Below are positions 19,444 through 30,032 of a DNA stretch of 64,000 bases, one piece after another. This DNA comes from Gemmatimonadota bacterium. Its GTDB lineage: Bacteria; Gemmatimonadota; Gemmatimonadetes; Gemmatimonadales; GWC2-71-9. The position numbers and the translations under genes are program-made. The stretch is from the NCBI GenBank assembly GCA_039586365.1, contig JBDHKN010000006.1:1-64000 (forward strand). The letters are read 5' to 3'. Under the pieces are notes generated by a model that was not told the origin of the DNA, made no database searches, and saw only the letters and a list, made by a program, of their open reading frames with translations. The stretch's first letter is position 1. Each line of letters begins with the position of its first letter.

Positions 19444-21837
19444 TTACAGGAACTTGGTCAACCGCTCACGAATGCTTCTACCGGGCGAGCGTTCCCTGCG
19501 GTTGCTGCCCTTGGAGTAGTAGCTGTAGTAACGGTCGTGTCGCTGACTCACGCTATTGAGGACCACCCCAGCTATTCTAGCATGCACCCGGCCTAGCTGA
19601 CTCATAGTCCGCTGCGCTGCTGACTCCTCAGTGTCACCACTCCTAAACACCAAGATCATTGCATCGACCGATGCGCCAACCACTATCGCGTCAGTCACCG
19701 GCAGGGCAGGAGGCGTGTCCAACACCACGTAGGCATAGTCGCGTCGAGCGTCGCCCAGTAATTGCCGCATGGCATCCGATCCCAAGAGTTCTGCTGGATT
19801 GGGTGGCTTGGGACCGCTGGGTAGAACGTCGAGGTTCTCCGCGACGTCTGGTCTCATGGCTTCGCGCATGCTGGCGTTACCGATCAGCACGTCCGTGAGG
19901 CCGGGTTCGTCGACCAACTGGAAGGTCCGATGAATCAAAGGCCGCCGTAAATCTCCGTCGATCAAGAGAACACGGTTGCCACTCTGCGCGAGCACCAAAG
20001 CCAGGTTTGCCGCGGTCGTGGATTTCCCTTCGCCAGGGCCAGGGCTCGTGACCGCAACGACTTGAACTGGCCGCTCAGCTGCGACGAACGTCACGTTGGT
20101 CCTCAGTGAACGGTAGGCTTCGACGGTTGGGTCGTCGGGGTCGAGCACGCGCATGGCCAGTATGGGCTTGCGCCCACCGTTGGCCACGACCGACAGCTTG
20201 GGCTCGTAGGGGATCAGGCCAAGCACTGGTACGCCGACAACACGTTCCACATCTGCTGCGGTTTTGATCGTCTGGTCTAGGTACTCGAGGAAGAAGGCTC
20301 CACCTATGCCGAGCAGTAACCCTACAAGCAGACCCAACAGGATCTTCTGCCTGAGATTTGTGCCGATCGGCATGGGGGGTGAAGCCCCATCCAGGATGGT
20401 CACGTACGGAGCAATCGAGGCTTCCTGCATCTGGACTTGCTGGTACTGTCCGAGCAAGTAACTATATGTGTCGTGCAGTATGTCACGTTCGATTTCCAAC
20501 TGTGCGATTCGAGTTGCCTTACCCGGAAAAGTCCCAAGTCGGGCTCGTAGTTCGGCAATGTTGGCACCCATTGCCGCGCGTCGGTCCTCCAAACCTTGAG
20601 CCGCAGCTTCTACGGCAGCCCTGAGGGCTTCGTGCCCCGCGCGAATGCGTTGGCTGATCGCACCGACCTGGGGGTTGTCCTCACTCAATCCCAAAGCTCC
20701 AGCAGTTAGCGTCCTCTGTTCCTGGTACAGATCGAGCAGACTGTGAATCTGAAACACGATGGCCGCGTTGGCTGCGCTACCTTGTAGGGCCGCGAGCCGG
20801 TTCAGCGTTTCGATGCCGATTGAGTCTTCGTAGGCGAGCGCCTCTCGGAGCGTGGAGAGCTCGATCAGGATCCGCTGTCTCTCCTGTTCCGCAGACTGAA
20901 TCGACTGAACGACGGCCCGCTCTTCTGCCGAGAGGTCAGTGATCTGCTGCCCCTCCTTGAATTCCTGCAGCTCCCTGAGCTTCGCCTGGAGGTCGTTATC
21001 TGCCCGGTCTAGCTGCACCAATATGTGTTGCGCTCGCTGCGTGGCCAGTTGCCTTGCCCGGTCCGCTCCGTCGAGCCTGAGTTGCAGAGCGGACTGGTTG
21101 AGAACGTGCGGCACCAGAGTGGGATCGCTACCGGTGAACGTGATATCCACCGCGTTGGTGGCTTCCCTCACGCCGTACCAGACACTTGCGTTCACCCAGG
21201 CAGCCGCGGCTTCAGGACTCACGATACGGAACCGGACCATACCATCGGGCAGCTGCGCAGTGAGCAATTGAAACGAGAATCCAGGCCCCTCGACAGTCTC
21301 CTGGCGTGTCCCTGACCAGACCAGGGCACCAGTCAGTTCGTCCTGCAGTTGGAATCGCCGGGGCGCGTCTGAATGCAGCAGTACATAGTCTCCCAGGGGT
21401 GCGTCCGGCTCAACCTGCACAGCTGCGAATACGTTGCCACGGTGGACCGAGGGGTCGATGAGCTCTAGCTGCAGATCGAGAGCATCCACCACTCGCAGAG
21501 CGAGTTGTTGTGTTGTCAGCACAAGAGCTTCGGAGAGAACCGGGTCCGTGCGCAGGGCGAGTTCATCCACATCAATATCGTCCATGCGTGCGAACACTTG
21601 TTTCGGCGAACTTATCTGCACGGTTAGCTGCGATCTGTACTGTGTGACGGCATCTCGTCCAGTGAAGTACGCAGCACCGGTGACGAGCGCAGGGACGATC
21701 ACGACCACCCGCCAGTGGTGAGATACAACGGCTGCGAGATCCTTGAGGTGGACCTCGCGTCCCGCTGAAGCTAGGCCAGCTGCAGGCAACTTCGCTGGCT
21801 TAGAGCCCGTGACACCCTCAGCCGTAGTGTGCGCCAC
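19444..21837 (-). CDS. Wzc/GumC-like polysaccharide co-polymerase and BY-type tyrosine autokinase
   Basis: Two TM segments around a coiled-coil region, SPGPGEGKSTT Walker A, DGDLRRP, LDTPP, terminal Tyr cluster RYYSYYS. Confidence 0.9.
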   Translation of the reverse strand: MAHTTAEGVTGSKPAKLPAAGLASAGREVHLKDLAAVVSHHWRVVVIVPALVTGAAYFTGRDAVTQYRSQLTVQISSPKQVFARMDDIDVDELALRTDPVLSEALVLTTQQLALRVVDALDLQLELIDPSVHRGNVFAAVQVEPDAPLGDYVLLHSDAPRRFQLQDELTGALVWSGTRQETVEGPGFSFQLLTAQLPDGMVRFRIVSPEAAAAWVNASVWYGVREATNAVDITFTGSDPTLVPHVLNQSALQLRLDGADRARQLATQRAQHILVQLDRADNDLQAKLRELQEFKEGQQITDLSAEERAVVQSIQSAEQERQRILIELSTLREALAYEDSIGIETLNRLAALQGSAANAAIVFQIHSLLDLYQEQRTLTAGALGLSEDNPQVGAISQRIRAGHEALRAAVEAAAQGLEDRRAAMGANIAELRARLGTFPGKATRIAQLEIERDILHDTYSYLLGQYQQVQMQEASIAPYVTILDGASPPMPIGTNLRQKILLGLLVGLLLGIGGAFFLEYLDQTIKTAADVERVVGVPVLGLIPYEPKLSVVANGGRKPILAMRVLDPDDPTVEAYRSLRTNVTFVAAERPVQVVAVTSPGPGEGKSTTAANLALVLAQSGNRVLLIDGDLRRPLIHRTFQLVDEPGLTDVLIGNASMREAMRPDVAENLDVLPSGPKPPNPAELLGSDAMRQLLGDARRDYAYVVLDTPPALPVTDAIVVGASVDAMILVFRSGDTEESAAQRTMSQLGRVHARIAGVVLNSVSQRHDRYYSYYSKGSNRRERSPGRSIRERLTKFL

Positions 21838-22191
21838 TCGGCGGCTCCGTCAAAGCCGCTGGCCAGGCGGCGCCCCTCAATTCTCGAGGCAGTGATGGGC
21901 TCCTGCAGTTAGAGCTGTAGGATTTCAAGACGCAGGCCGAATCGAGAACGTGGCTATTAGCAAATGTCTGTCTTCCGAAACTCGGTTGCGGGCTCACGGT
22001 GTGAGTGCCCTGCCACATGTTTCATTAGACTGAAGGGCTAGGCACGGCGGTCAGCTGTTTGGGGCAATATAAGGGAACTCGAAGAAGTTGCACAAGTCGT
22101 GATACTTCAAACTGTTACGTGCCATCGTGCAGGTATTTCTGAGCCGCCATTGGTATGTCTTAGTGACAGCTCACTCACTGCGTCCGAGTGT

Positions 22192-24711
22192 TTAGAAGGG
22201 TTTTCGGTTTCCTTGGTTCGTCCAAATGAGTACGACGCCGCAGCCGCTCTCGGCCCCCCCATATTTCGCCGGCATTTCGGATGGGCTACGGTAGATCTCC
22301 ATTCCGATAACTTCCTCCGGCTGAATCACCTGGGCAAGTGATTCGAAGGTGTCAAACGGAATTTGCCTGTCATCAACGAACAGATTGGGGGCTGTGCATC
22401 CCCCGCCCGGGCCTGATGGCATGCCTGTCACCCGGAGCAGAGTCCCAGACATCCCATCTCTACCATCGGGTACGATGATCACGCCGGGGATTGCGGTCAG
22501 GAGGTCGCCGATGTCCCTGGCCGCGCCGAGTCGGCTCTCGATCCCTTGGCGATCCATGAATCGTCCCAATCCCCGCTCCCGCCTCTCAGAGAAACCGACG
22601 TCATCAAGGTATTGCACAGCGGTGGCGGAGACTTCGATTGGCTCCAGCGCAATGACTGCCGTGGGCTCGAGGAGCACACTGAGGGTCACCTGAGCTTCGC
22701 TCTCGTCGATCCAGAGTTCCTGCACCCAATTGCGGTATCCCGTGCGCCGGAACGAGATTGTGTTCGCGCCTCGCGCCCACTGGGCTGCGACGAGGTCAAA
22801 AGTCCCATCCTCGCGGCTCACCACCGATTCGCGGCCGTTGAGGCTCACTGCGACACCCTCGAGGCCCTGACCCGACGCCCGATCGACGACCAACCCGGAG
22901 AGGAGCGCCTGGGAGATCGTGGTCGTGCCGGGCTCATCGTCAATTCCCATGCCGAGATTGACCATCCATATCGGCGGTGGTGCGGGATGAGAATAACTGT
23001 ATGCCTGATCTGGACGCCTGTCCCACGCGTATAACAAGTCGCCTTCAGCCATCCGGGGAAAGATGACATTCGCGGTTCGGCTCTTCCTCCTCCGGTGGTC
23101 TGCCTTGATGGAAACCGGGCGTCCAACCGGCAGACCGCAGAGGACAAAGAAACCCGCGTCGTCAGTCTCACCAACTTGCTGCATATCTCTGATTGTGAAT
23201 CGCTCATCATCCGGAACGACCTCTTGCCAGGACGCCGTAACACGCGCGCCGGAGACGGCTTCGTGGTCACTGCCCGCGACGCGGCCGACTACAACTCTCA
23301 GATCCTGACGATTGGAGCTTGTGCCGCAAAGGTGGGCCGCCATGGTGTTGGAGTGGGGGATCGTCACCACGACCGTATCGGTGCGTTCACGGGCAAGATC
23401 TACGGTGATTTCCGGGGAATCCAAGCCGATTGAGTCGAGCCAGGGGTGCGCGAAAGAAACCGTGTACTCACCTTCCAACGGTACGGCAAGGTGGAACTCA
23501 CCGTTGCGGTCCGTGGACGTCCAGAAGTCGGTTCCTGCGATCACCACGTGCCCGCCGGCGAGCGGTTGGGACTTTGTGCTGTCGAAAATCGGCCCAATTA
23601 TATGCGCGAGCGTGGCTGGGTAGATCTTGGATCCGTCGCTAGCGGTGATCTCGAGGATCTCTCCTCCGATGTCCTGGAAGCCATTGATGACGGCTTCCTG
23701 CCGACGGGCACCCTCTACGGCATTGCCCCTCACCCGCACGTGGATGAGCGGAGTCCTCGCCTGCCATCGCTGGACTATCCATGCCCCGGAAGGGATCTTC
23801 ATGAACTCAACTGTGGCTCCTGCACGTTCATCCGCCACGTTCCCGGGCAACTCGGTGTACGCAACTTCGAGTTTGTGGAGTTCGGATGTCGACTCGTCCA
23901 GCCAAAGCGCCCCTCTCACTTCGGTCACACTACGGTCCGGGGTGGGCTCAAAAGCAAGACCGACGCGTCCGGGGTGTTCGACGGAGTCGCGCACTACGTG
24001 AAAGCAATGAGTGCTCAGAAAGGCGTCGTCCAAGAGGACACGGGCATCCGGCACGTAGTACCAATTCTCGTTGCCCCGCCGAACGATGTAGCCATCGGCT
24101 GCGAGTTGCGCTGCAGGAAGGCTCATGTAGGGCTGAGCCGTGACGCCCTCCCTAGTACGTCCGGTCTCTTTGGTTATGCGACGCCGGTTTGCAGAGAGAT
24201 CTCTGGTGTAGCTGTACCTTCTATAGTGATATAGTTCCTGAGTCCCGCTCCAGGCCGTTGCTGCTAGGGCCTTGCGGATCTCTTCCCAAATGAGGCCCGT
24301 GGCGAGCGCTCGCTCAGGGTTCACGTGACAGCGATCCTCCCCGGCCACCTCTACTACATCGAGGCGCACCGGGAGTGCGGTGACCTCCAATGAGAGTGTG
24401 AGGATGGTGTCTGACAGGAGTTGAAAAGGGTCGGAGACAAAGGTGCCATAGCCGATCCGCTCGGATCGTAGGCGGTAGACACCACTGTTCGGGGCCGCTA
24501 GGTCGAACCGTCCCTCTGATGAAGTGAGAGCGCGAGCCACTTCCACGCTATCCTCGTTGAGGAGAACGACGAAACCGGTTCCAACCGGCACACCGTTAGT
24601 GGCATCTACGACCGTCCCCTGAACTGCCTGTGCGGCGAGGCTGAATGGCACTGACAAAACCAGTGCGGCAGCCGTGAGCGAAACCTCGAGTCTTGCCATT
24701 GCCCTTTGCAT
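22192..24711 (-). CDS. Secreted protein with carboxypeptidase-regulatory-like repeats and C-terminal TonB-plug-like domain
   Basis: Signal peptide (SLAAQ), repeated GxVVD/TDxxGxF beta-sandwich units, EVIGMEIYR...CGVVLIWT plug-type end; start uncertain. Confidence 0.7.
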   Translation of the reverse strand: MQRAMARLEVSLTAAALVLSVPFSLAAQAVQGTVVDATNGVPVGTGFVVLLNEDSVEVARALTSSEGRFDLAAPNSGVYRLRSERIGYGTFVSDPFQLLSDTILTLSLEVTALPVRLDVVEVAGEDRCHVNPERALATGLIWEEIRKALAATAWSGTQELYHYRRYSYTRDLSANRRRITKETGRTREGVTAQPYMSLPAAQLAADGYIVRRGNENWYYVPDARVLLDDAFLSTHCFHVVRDSVEHPGRVGLAFEPTPDRSVTEVRGALWLDESTSELHKLEVAYTELPGNVADERAGATVEFMKIPSGAWIVQRWQARTPLIHVRVRGNAVEGARRQEAVINGFQDIGGEILEITASDGSKIYPATLAHIIGPIFDSTKSQPLAGGHVVIAGTDFWTSTDRNGEFHLAVPLEGEYTVSFAHPWLDSIGLDSPEITVDLARERTDTVVVTIPHSNTMAAHLCGTSSNRQDLRVVVGRVAGSDHEAVSGARVTASWQEVVPDDERFTIRDMQQVGETDDAGFFVLCGLPVGRPVSIKADHRRRKSRTANVIFPRMAEGDLLYAWDRRPDQAYSYSHPAPPPIWMVNLGMGIDDEPGTTTISQALLSGLVVDRASGQGLEGVAVSLNGRESVVSREDGTFDLVAAQWARGANTISFRRTGYRNWVQELWIDESEAQVTLSVLLEPTAVIALEPIEVSATAVQYLDDVGFSERRERGLGRFMDRQGIESRLGAARDIGDLLTAIPGVIIVPDGRDGMSGTLLRVTGMPSGPGGGCTAPNLFVDDRQIPFDTFESLAQVIQPEEVIGMEIYRSPSEMPAKYGGAESGCGVVLIWTNQGNRKPF

Positions 24712-24845
24712 AGACAGCCTAATCGGGTCCGTGCTGGTTGTCCTCCACAGGCCTAACGCTGCTCCTCGGCATACGTGTGAATATACTGGATGGTGACCTG
24801 CAGGTTCCGCCATTCAATTCCAAGCCGTCCCCTGAGCCTGTGCAG

Positions 24846-26513
24846 CTACTCTGGCCCAATCCGCTCCGTCCAGAGGTTGACCGGTGCGTAGAGCTTGTAA
24901 ACCGGGCACATCTCGGGATTGGCGCTCCACTGGGTGGCTAGGTACCGATCGAAGAAGTTCCACACCACCAGACCGTCGTCACTCTCGGGCTCCAACAGGT
25001 ATGCCGCCACGGGGCCAAGCGCCTGGGCGGTGCTGACGAACAACGTGCCGACAGGAAACTCCTTCTCAACCATCGCATACTCACCCCGCACGGAACTGGT
25101 GTAGTGCCCCTGGTTCAACCGGGTGGCAGGGATTACCTCGGTGACCGTGAAGGACTCGACCGTCAGCTTTGTTGTTTCCTTCAACTGCTCCACGGCCACT
25201 CCGTGCTGGAGCAACTTCTTGAGAACAGCATCGTCCTGGATGGGGATCAGATAACCGCGGGGAAAGCGGACTGTACGCTTAGGTGTATAGCGAGCGAGGT
25301 AGGGTACGTTTGCATATGTCTTCTTCACGCCTGTGGGTCGGTAGCGTGGACGACCACCGGGTCGCTCCATCAACTCCATCTCATATCCTTGGATCGTGAT
25401 GTGCAAGTCGATTGGCGCGCGGTCGTACTCAACCACGAAGACATCTTGCCTTGAAGGATTTGCTCCCCGCGCGATGGCTCTCCGGTCAGCGTCGCGCACG
25501 AGTGCCACCATCTCGTCCCTATTGGCGTGAATATGATCGAGGAAGGCCAGAAAGAGGTTGTAAGCTCCCTGCACTCGGGTCTCGAAGTCGACGTACGGGT
25601 ACTGCTCGTTCAAGACCGAGAAGCGGTTCCTCAGGCCCACATAGTTGCTTAGATACCGCGGTTGGGGTCCCAAAGGAATCCAACCCGTCTCCGGCTTGCT
25701 TGGGTCGATGAAGTCACCATGAGGGACGGTTAGCGTATGATATCCCTCACGCATGCGCTCTTCCACGGCCGGTAGCAGCACGTCAGCCATGTAGCTCAGG
25801 ATAGCTGCATCGCCGTTGGGATTGAGGCCCCATGTCCAAGTGACCGGTTCCTGGTGGTAGGAACCATTGTGCGTGTGGCTGTCGAGGAAAAAGATGGGGT
25901 CCCAGCCGAGTAACACGTGCTGGATGAGTCCGGCCACCTCTGGGCTCTCGACCTTCATCCCGTCGCGGTTCAGGTCGAGGTTCTGTCCGTTGTAGCGTAT
26001 GCCCACCCCCTGTTCTGGTCCCACTTGGTTAGTACGGTTCTGCGTGCTGATGTTCTCGTTTCCGTCTGCATTGAAAATGGGAGCAATTAGAATCACGAGC
26101 TTGTCGAGGTAGCCGGCTGTCTTTCCCAGTGTGATGTCTCGGGCAAGCATCTGGGCGGCTTCTTTCCCTTCGACCTCACCAGCGTGGATGTTGGCCTGGA
26201 TGTACACCACCGCACGCTCGTCGTATCGCAGGTCGGTCGGCGATGCAGGCACTGGGTCGCCGATGACTATGAGTGGCACCTCTCTTCCCTCCGTGCTGGT
26301 TCCCATTGTCTCCACCCTGACCAAGGAACTCTGGCGCTGCAGCTGCCTGATGAACTCCATGATATCCGCGTGGCGGGAAGTCGCTTTGAACCCACTCGCT
26401 TCAGCTACGGTCAGCAGGCCTTGCTGCCCGGCGAGTCCTGCGGTAGTACAGGGCAGAGCCGCAAACGCCAGGGCCACCCACCGTCCGATTTGGACTACTC
26501 TCATCCCTTTCAT
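24846..26513 (-). CDS. Secreted M14-family zinc carboxypeptidase
   Basis: Signal peptide, IHAGEVEG, NADG, DLNRD, DSHT. Confidence 0.85.
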   Translation of the reverse strand: MKGMRVVQIGRWVALAFAALPCTTAGLAGQQGLLTVAEASGFKATSRHADIMEFIRQLQRQSSLVRVETMGTSTEGREVPLIVIGDPVPASPTDLRYDERAVVYIQANIHAGEVEGKEAAQMLARDITLGKTAGYLDKLVILIAPIFNADGNENISTQNRTNQVGPEQGVGIRYNGQNLDLNRDGMKVESPEVAGLIQHVLLGWDPIFFLDSHTHNGSYHQEPVTWTWGLNPNGDAAILSYMADVLLPAVEERMREGYHTLTVPHGDFIDPSKPETGWIPLGPQPRYLSNYVGLRNRFSVLNEQYPYVDFETRVQGAYNLFLAFLDHIHANRDEMVALVRDADRRAIARGANPSRQDVFVVEYDRAPIDLHITIQGYEMELMERPGGRPRYRPTGVKKTYANVPYLARYTPKRTVRFPRGYLIPIQDDAVLKKLLQHGVAVEQLKETTKLTVESFTVTEVIPATRLNQGHYTSSVRGEYAMVEKEFPVGTLFVSTAQALGPVAAYLLEPESDDGLVVWNFFDRYLATQWSANPEMCPVYKLYAPVNLWTERIGPE

Positions 26514-26612
26514 GATGTCTCTCCTCAATCCTTGGCTCCCGAGCCACGTTGATACGTGTCTATCCAAAGATAGCTCGCGCAGTTCTCTTGATTCGCAGTC
26601 GTGTCTCAATGA

Positions 26613-26756
26613 CTAGAGGTCTCCTAGCCGTCTCACTGACTGGGCTTCCACGGCGTCGGGTTGGGCCGTCGCCATCCGACGGTGAAGGTCAACTTGTCCA
26701 AGATGGTACGCCAGAGCGGCAGCCAGGTGGGTCAACTTCGGCACCGTTGCAGTCAT
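26613..26756 (-). pseudogene. Possible C-terminal fragment of a DinB-family protein (47 codons)
   Basis: MTATVPKLTHLAAALAYHLGQVDLHRRM resembles the DinB H...YHLGQ helix from memory; far too short for a full domain. Confidence 0.35.
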
Positions 26757-26954
26757 GGGAATCCTCACCTCGCAGACGCCGTCAGTACGACTCGCAGCCG
26801 GTATCTGCCAGCAAAGTCCTGAGGGGCAGCGTCCAATTTCTGGGGAGTCTTCTGTCGTGACACCGGGCTGGCCATGGCGGCAGAGACTGGTCGTGGGTAG
26901 CAGGTTGGCAGCCCAGTGACGGTCCTGGGTCCATTAACGGTCACTGCCAGGCTG

Positions 26955-27449
26955 CTAGCCCCTGCCCGGGGGTGGGAAGGAGTGTGCCGAATACTGGATC
27001 TTCCATTCGCCGTCTCGTAGGACATAGATACTCGTGTAGGTGCCCGACGACCGTGCTGTGTCGCCGGCCGTGAGAATGGCTGTGAACTCAAAAGTGGCGG
27101 TGGAGACCGCTACGTCGCGGCTGAGCACATCAATGTGGATGTCTAGCCAGCGCAGGTCTGCCTCCACTACTCCGCCGAACTGAGCATCCATGATGTCGGC
27201 AAAGGCTCCATGAGAACGCGTCACCCGACCACGCGCCACATAGGTCAGCTCATCGCTATCGCGATAGTAGCTGAGCAGACGACCAAACTGCAGCGCGTTG
27301 GTTGCCTGGGGGATCTCGTCGAACAGCTGGCCAACCCTACTAGCGATTGCATCCCGTTCCTCGGGGGTGAGCAGGTGTTCGGACGCAGGTTCGCAGCCCA
27401 GGCTTAGGCCGACCAGCAGGCCAACCGCTGCAACATTTGACAGGGTCAT
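26955..27449 (-). CDS. NTF2-like (SnoaL/DUF4440) putative lipoprotein
   Basis: Lipobox-like LSLGC, C-terminal DGEWKIQYSAHS. Confidence 0.75.
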   Translation of the reverse strand: MTLSNVAAVGLLVGLSLGCEPASEHLLTPEERDAIASRVGQLFDEIPQATNALQFGRLLSYYRDSDELTYVARGRVTRSHGAFADIMDAQFGGVVEADLRWLDIHIDVLSRDVAVSTATFEFTAILTAGDTARSSGTYTSIYVLRDGEWKIQYSAHSFPPPGRG

Positions 27450-27779
27450 GATGGTCTCCGTCGTACAAGTCCGATCGATAGCAGGCGGCAGACCCGATTA
27501 GTACTGCCGGCCATCCTGTGCTCAGACACGGACAGGGTCAAGTAACCATCCCTGGTCGAGAGCTACAAGCCCTGCTGCCGCCACAAACCGAGGACTCGCG
27601 TTGCACGTTCTCGTCAAGACAGCAAGTGAACGTACGGCGTTGCTCCGGGTCCGAAGAAACTCCGTAGACCAGAATCCCCTCGATCCAGTCATTGGTCAGC
27701 TTGCTGGGCGCGTAGCCGACTTCTATACTTCTGGACTTCAATAACTTCCCTTTAACAAGTTGATCGCGAAGACTCCCCG

Positions 27780-29114
27780 ATGGCCGATACCTCGCTCATG
27801 GACAGACTCGTGTCGCTCGCCAAGCGACGTGGATTCGTTTACCAATCTTCCGAGATCTACGGTGGGGTCGGATCCGTGTGGGATTACGGGCCGCTGGGCG
27901 TCGAGCTCAAGAAGAACCTCAAAGAGCGCTGGTGGCGCTCCATGGTTCACGAGCGCGAGGACATTGAGGGACTAGATGCCGCGATCCTGATGCACCCGAG
28001 GGTTTGGGAAGCCTCCGGACACGTGTCGGGATTCACCGATCCGCTGGTCGATTGCAGACAGTGCAAGAACCGGTTTCGTGATGATGATCCGCGGATCAAG
28101 GGGGAACCGGGGCATCCCGAGACCAAATGCCCAGTCTGCGGTAACAAGGGAACCTTGACCGAACCACGCCTTTTCAACCTCATGTTCAAGACCTTCATGG
28201 GGCCGGTGGAAGAGGACGCTGCGATCGTGTATCTGCGGCCGGAGACCGCTCAGGGCATCTACGTCAACTACCTCAACGTGCAGCAATCCGCAAGGCAGAA
28301 GATTCCGTTTGGAATAGCTCAGGTCGGCAAGGCATTTCGCAACGAAATAACCCCTGGGAACTTCATCTTCCGCACCCGCGAGTTCGAGCAGATGGAGATG
28401 CAGTTTTTTGTGAAGCCGGGTGACGACGACAAATGGTTCGAGGAATGGCGTGGCATCCGCATGCAGTGGCACAAAGACCTCGGGATCGCTCCCGGGAAGC
28501 TGCGCTTTCACGAACACGCATCAGATGAATTAGCCCACTACGCCAAGGTTGCCTACGACATCGAGTACCAATTCCCCTTCGGGTGGCAAGAATTCGAGGG
28601 TATCCACAATCGGACCGACTTCGACCTCCATCGCCACCAGGAATACTCAGGCAAGAAACTCGAGTACGTGGATACGGCCAACAATGAACGCTACATCCCC
28701 TACATAATCGAGACGTCGCTCGGGGCGGACCGGCTAGCATTGGTGGTTCTGGTTGACGCGTATCGCGAGGAGGAGGTGCATGGGGAAAAGCGAGTCGTGC
28801 TTGGGCTCCATCCGACGATCGCGCCCGTCAAAGTAGGCGTCTTCCCATTGGTAAAGAAAGACGGTATGCCGGAGCTGTCGCGCCGGATGTTCGACGACCT
28901 ACGCTCACGGTTCCCGGCGTTCTATGACGACGGTGGGTCAATCGGTCGACGTTACCGGCGTCAGGACGAGGCGGGCACACCATTCGGGGTCACGGTGGAC
29001 GGCCAAAGCCTCGAAGATGGCACCGTTACTGTTCGGCACCGGGACACGTTGGAGCAGGACAGGGTGAGCAAAGACCAACTGATTCAGTATGTCACTGAGC
29101 GACTGAGCGGGTGA
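27780..29114 (+). CDS. glyQS: Glycine--tRNA ligase (alpha2 type)
   Basis: [51 protein letters not shown]. Confidence 0.97.
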   Translation: MADTSLMDRLVSLAKRRGFVYQSSEIYGGVGSVWDYGPLGVELKKNLKERWWRSMVHEREDIEGLDAAILMHPRVWEASGHVSGFTDPLVDCRQCKNRFRDDDPRIKGEPGHPETKCPVCGNKGTLTEPRLFNLMFKTFMGPVEEDAAIVYLRPETAQGIYVNYLNVQQSARQKIPFGIAQVGKAFRNEITPGNFIFRTREFEQMEMQFFVKPGDDDKWFEEWRGIRMQWHKDLGIAPGKLRFHEHASDELAHYAKVAYDIEYQFPFGWQEFEGIHNRTDFDLHRHQEYSGKKLEYVDTANNERYIPYIIETSLGADRLALVVLVDAYREEEVHGEKRVVLGLHPTIAPVKVGVFPLVKKDGMPELSRRMFDDLRSRFPAFYDDGGSIGRRYRRQDEAGTPFGVTVDGQSLEDGTVTVRHRDTLEQDRVSKDQLIQYVTERLSG

Positions 29115-29451
29115 GGATAGACAGGATCGTCTCTGCCGGGGAAGAGTTGCAGGAAACCCTCGGCCGGGAGCATACCTTACTCTCGCCGGTCACAAGAGCG
29201 AACCGGAATTTCAGAAAATCTTCTGATTAGCCGGGTATCTCCCAGCCTGGCAAATGGAAGCTGCTCTTCAGGCGATGCTGCTGGAGCGTTTCGATGAGCG
29301 CTGGTACCCCAATCGCGCAGCCGGCAGGTTCCTTCATGAGTTGACGGAACACGGCCAGCAGATCCCAACCGATCGCTTGGCCAAGGATGCTACTGGCTGC
29401 CGGCTCTGGCTCGAACCGGTGCGCGTTCGCTTGGAAGAGTTGTTGAATTGA
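29111..29451 (+). pseudogene. Probable decayed remnant of a gene coupled to glyQS
   Basis: GTG overlapping the glyQS stop opens [21 protein letters not shown]; shifted frame LTLAGHKSEPEFQKIF*; then C-terminal-like YLPAWQMEAAL...ERFDERWY...RLEELLN*. Confidence 0.5.
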
Positions 29452-29523
29452 GTCGCCAGCCGACAGCAGCTACGCATCAGCCGAAAGGTGAAGGCCGCCA
29501 GCTGAAAGCTCAACTTCGCCGCT

Positions 29524-29820
29524 CTAACCCCTCTTGCGCACGTACTCCGAGACTACATCCTGCGCGAATTCGAGAATCTGCTCCGGCGAATCGTCGGGAT
29601 CGCACATCTCAGGCGTCTCGATGATATCGGTGACCATCTCTTCCCACCATGGTGCTTCCAGGATAGCCGTGCACCCTTCTGCGTCGAGTCCTACCCCGAT
29701 CATCTCGTCCCGCGTCGGAATGTCGAATTCGATGCACACCCCGCCACCTGATCCACCGTCCTTCAGGCGGACCTTCTGTCGCAGGTACTTGATGATCGCC
29801 CGCAGTTCCTCGGAGTTCAT
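29524..29820 (-). CDS. Hypothetical acidic protein (98 aa)
   Basis: Clean ORF with AAGGAG RBS; no recognised motif. Confidence 0.6.
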   Translation of the reverse strand: MNSEELRAIIKYLRQKVRLKDGGSGGGVCIEFDIPTRDEMIGVGLDAEGCTAILEAPWWEEMVTDIIETPEMCDPDDSPEQILEFAQDVVSEYVRKRG

Positions 29821-29929
29821 TCGGGACTCCTTCACTGATCACTTTTCTCCACTGACTGCTCGCCTATCATACTTCACCGCTTGCTGCTGCACTACTCACC
29901 GCATACTGCCAGGGTGTCGTGACGTCGGC

Positions 29930-30031
29930 TCACTGCTGATCTTTCTTGGCAGACTGAAACAGCAGATACACAAATCCGCCCCAAACCCCCGCCAGCACGA
30001 TGATCATCATGATCCAGCCGCTTGCGCTCAT
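29930..30031 (-). CDS. Small single-TM subunit of NSS transporter (MetS-like), 33 aa
   Basis: MSASGWIMMIIVLAGVWGGFVYLLFQSAKKDQQ*, 1 nt after the transporter stop, AAGGAAGGAG RBS; absent from ORF track. Confidence 0.8.
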   Translation of the reverse strand: MSASGWIMMIIVLAGVWGGFVYLLFQSAKKDQQ

Positions 30032-30032
30032 A

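Noticed and set aside
27538..27741. 67-aa minus-strand ORF upstream of glyQS
   Set aside because: No recognisable motif or clear RBS; overlaps the probable glyQS promoter region
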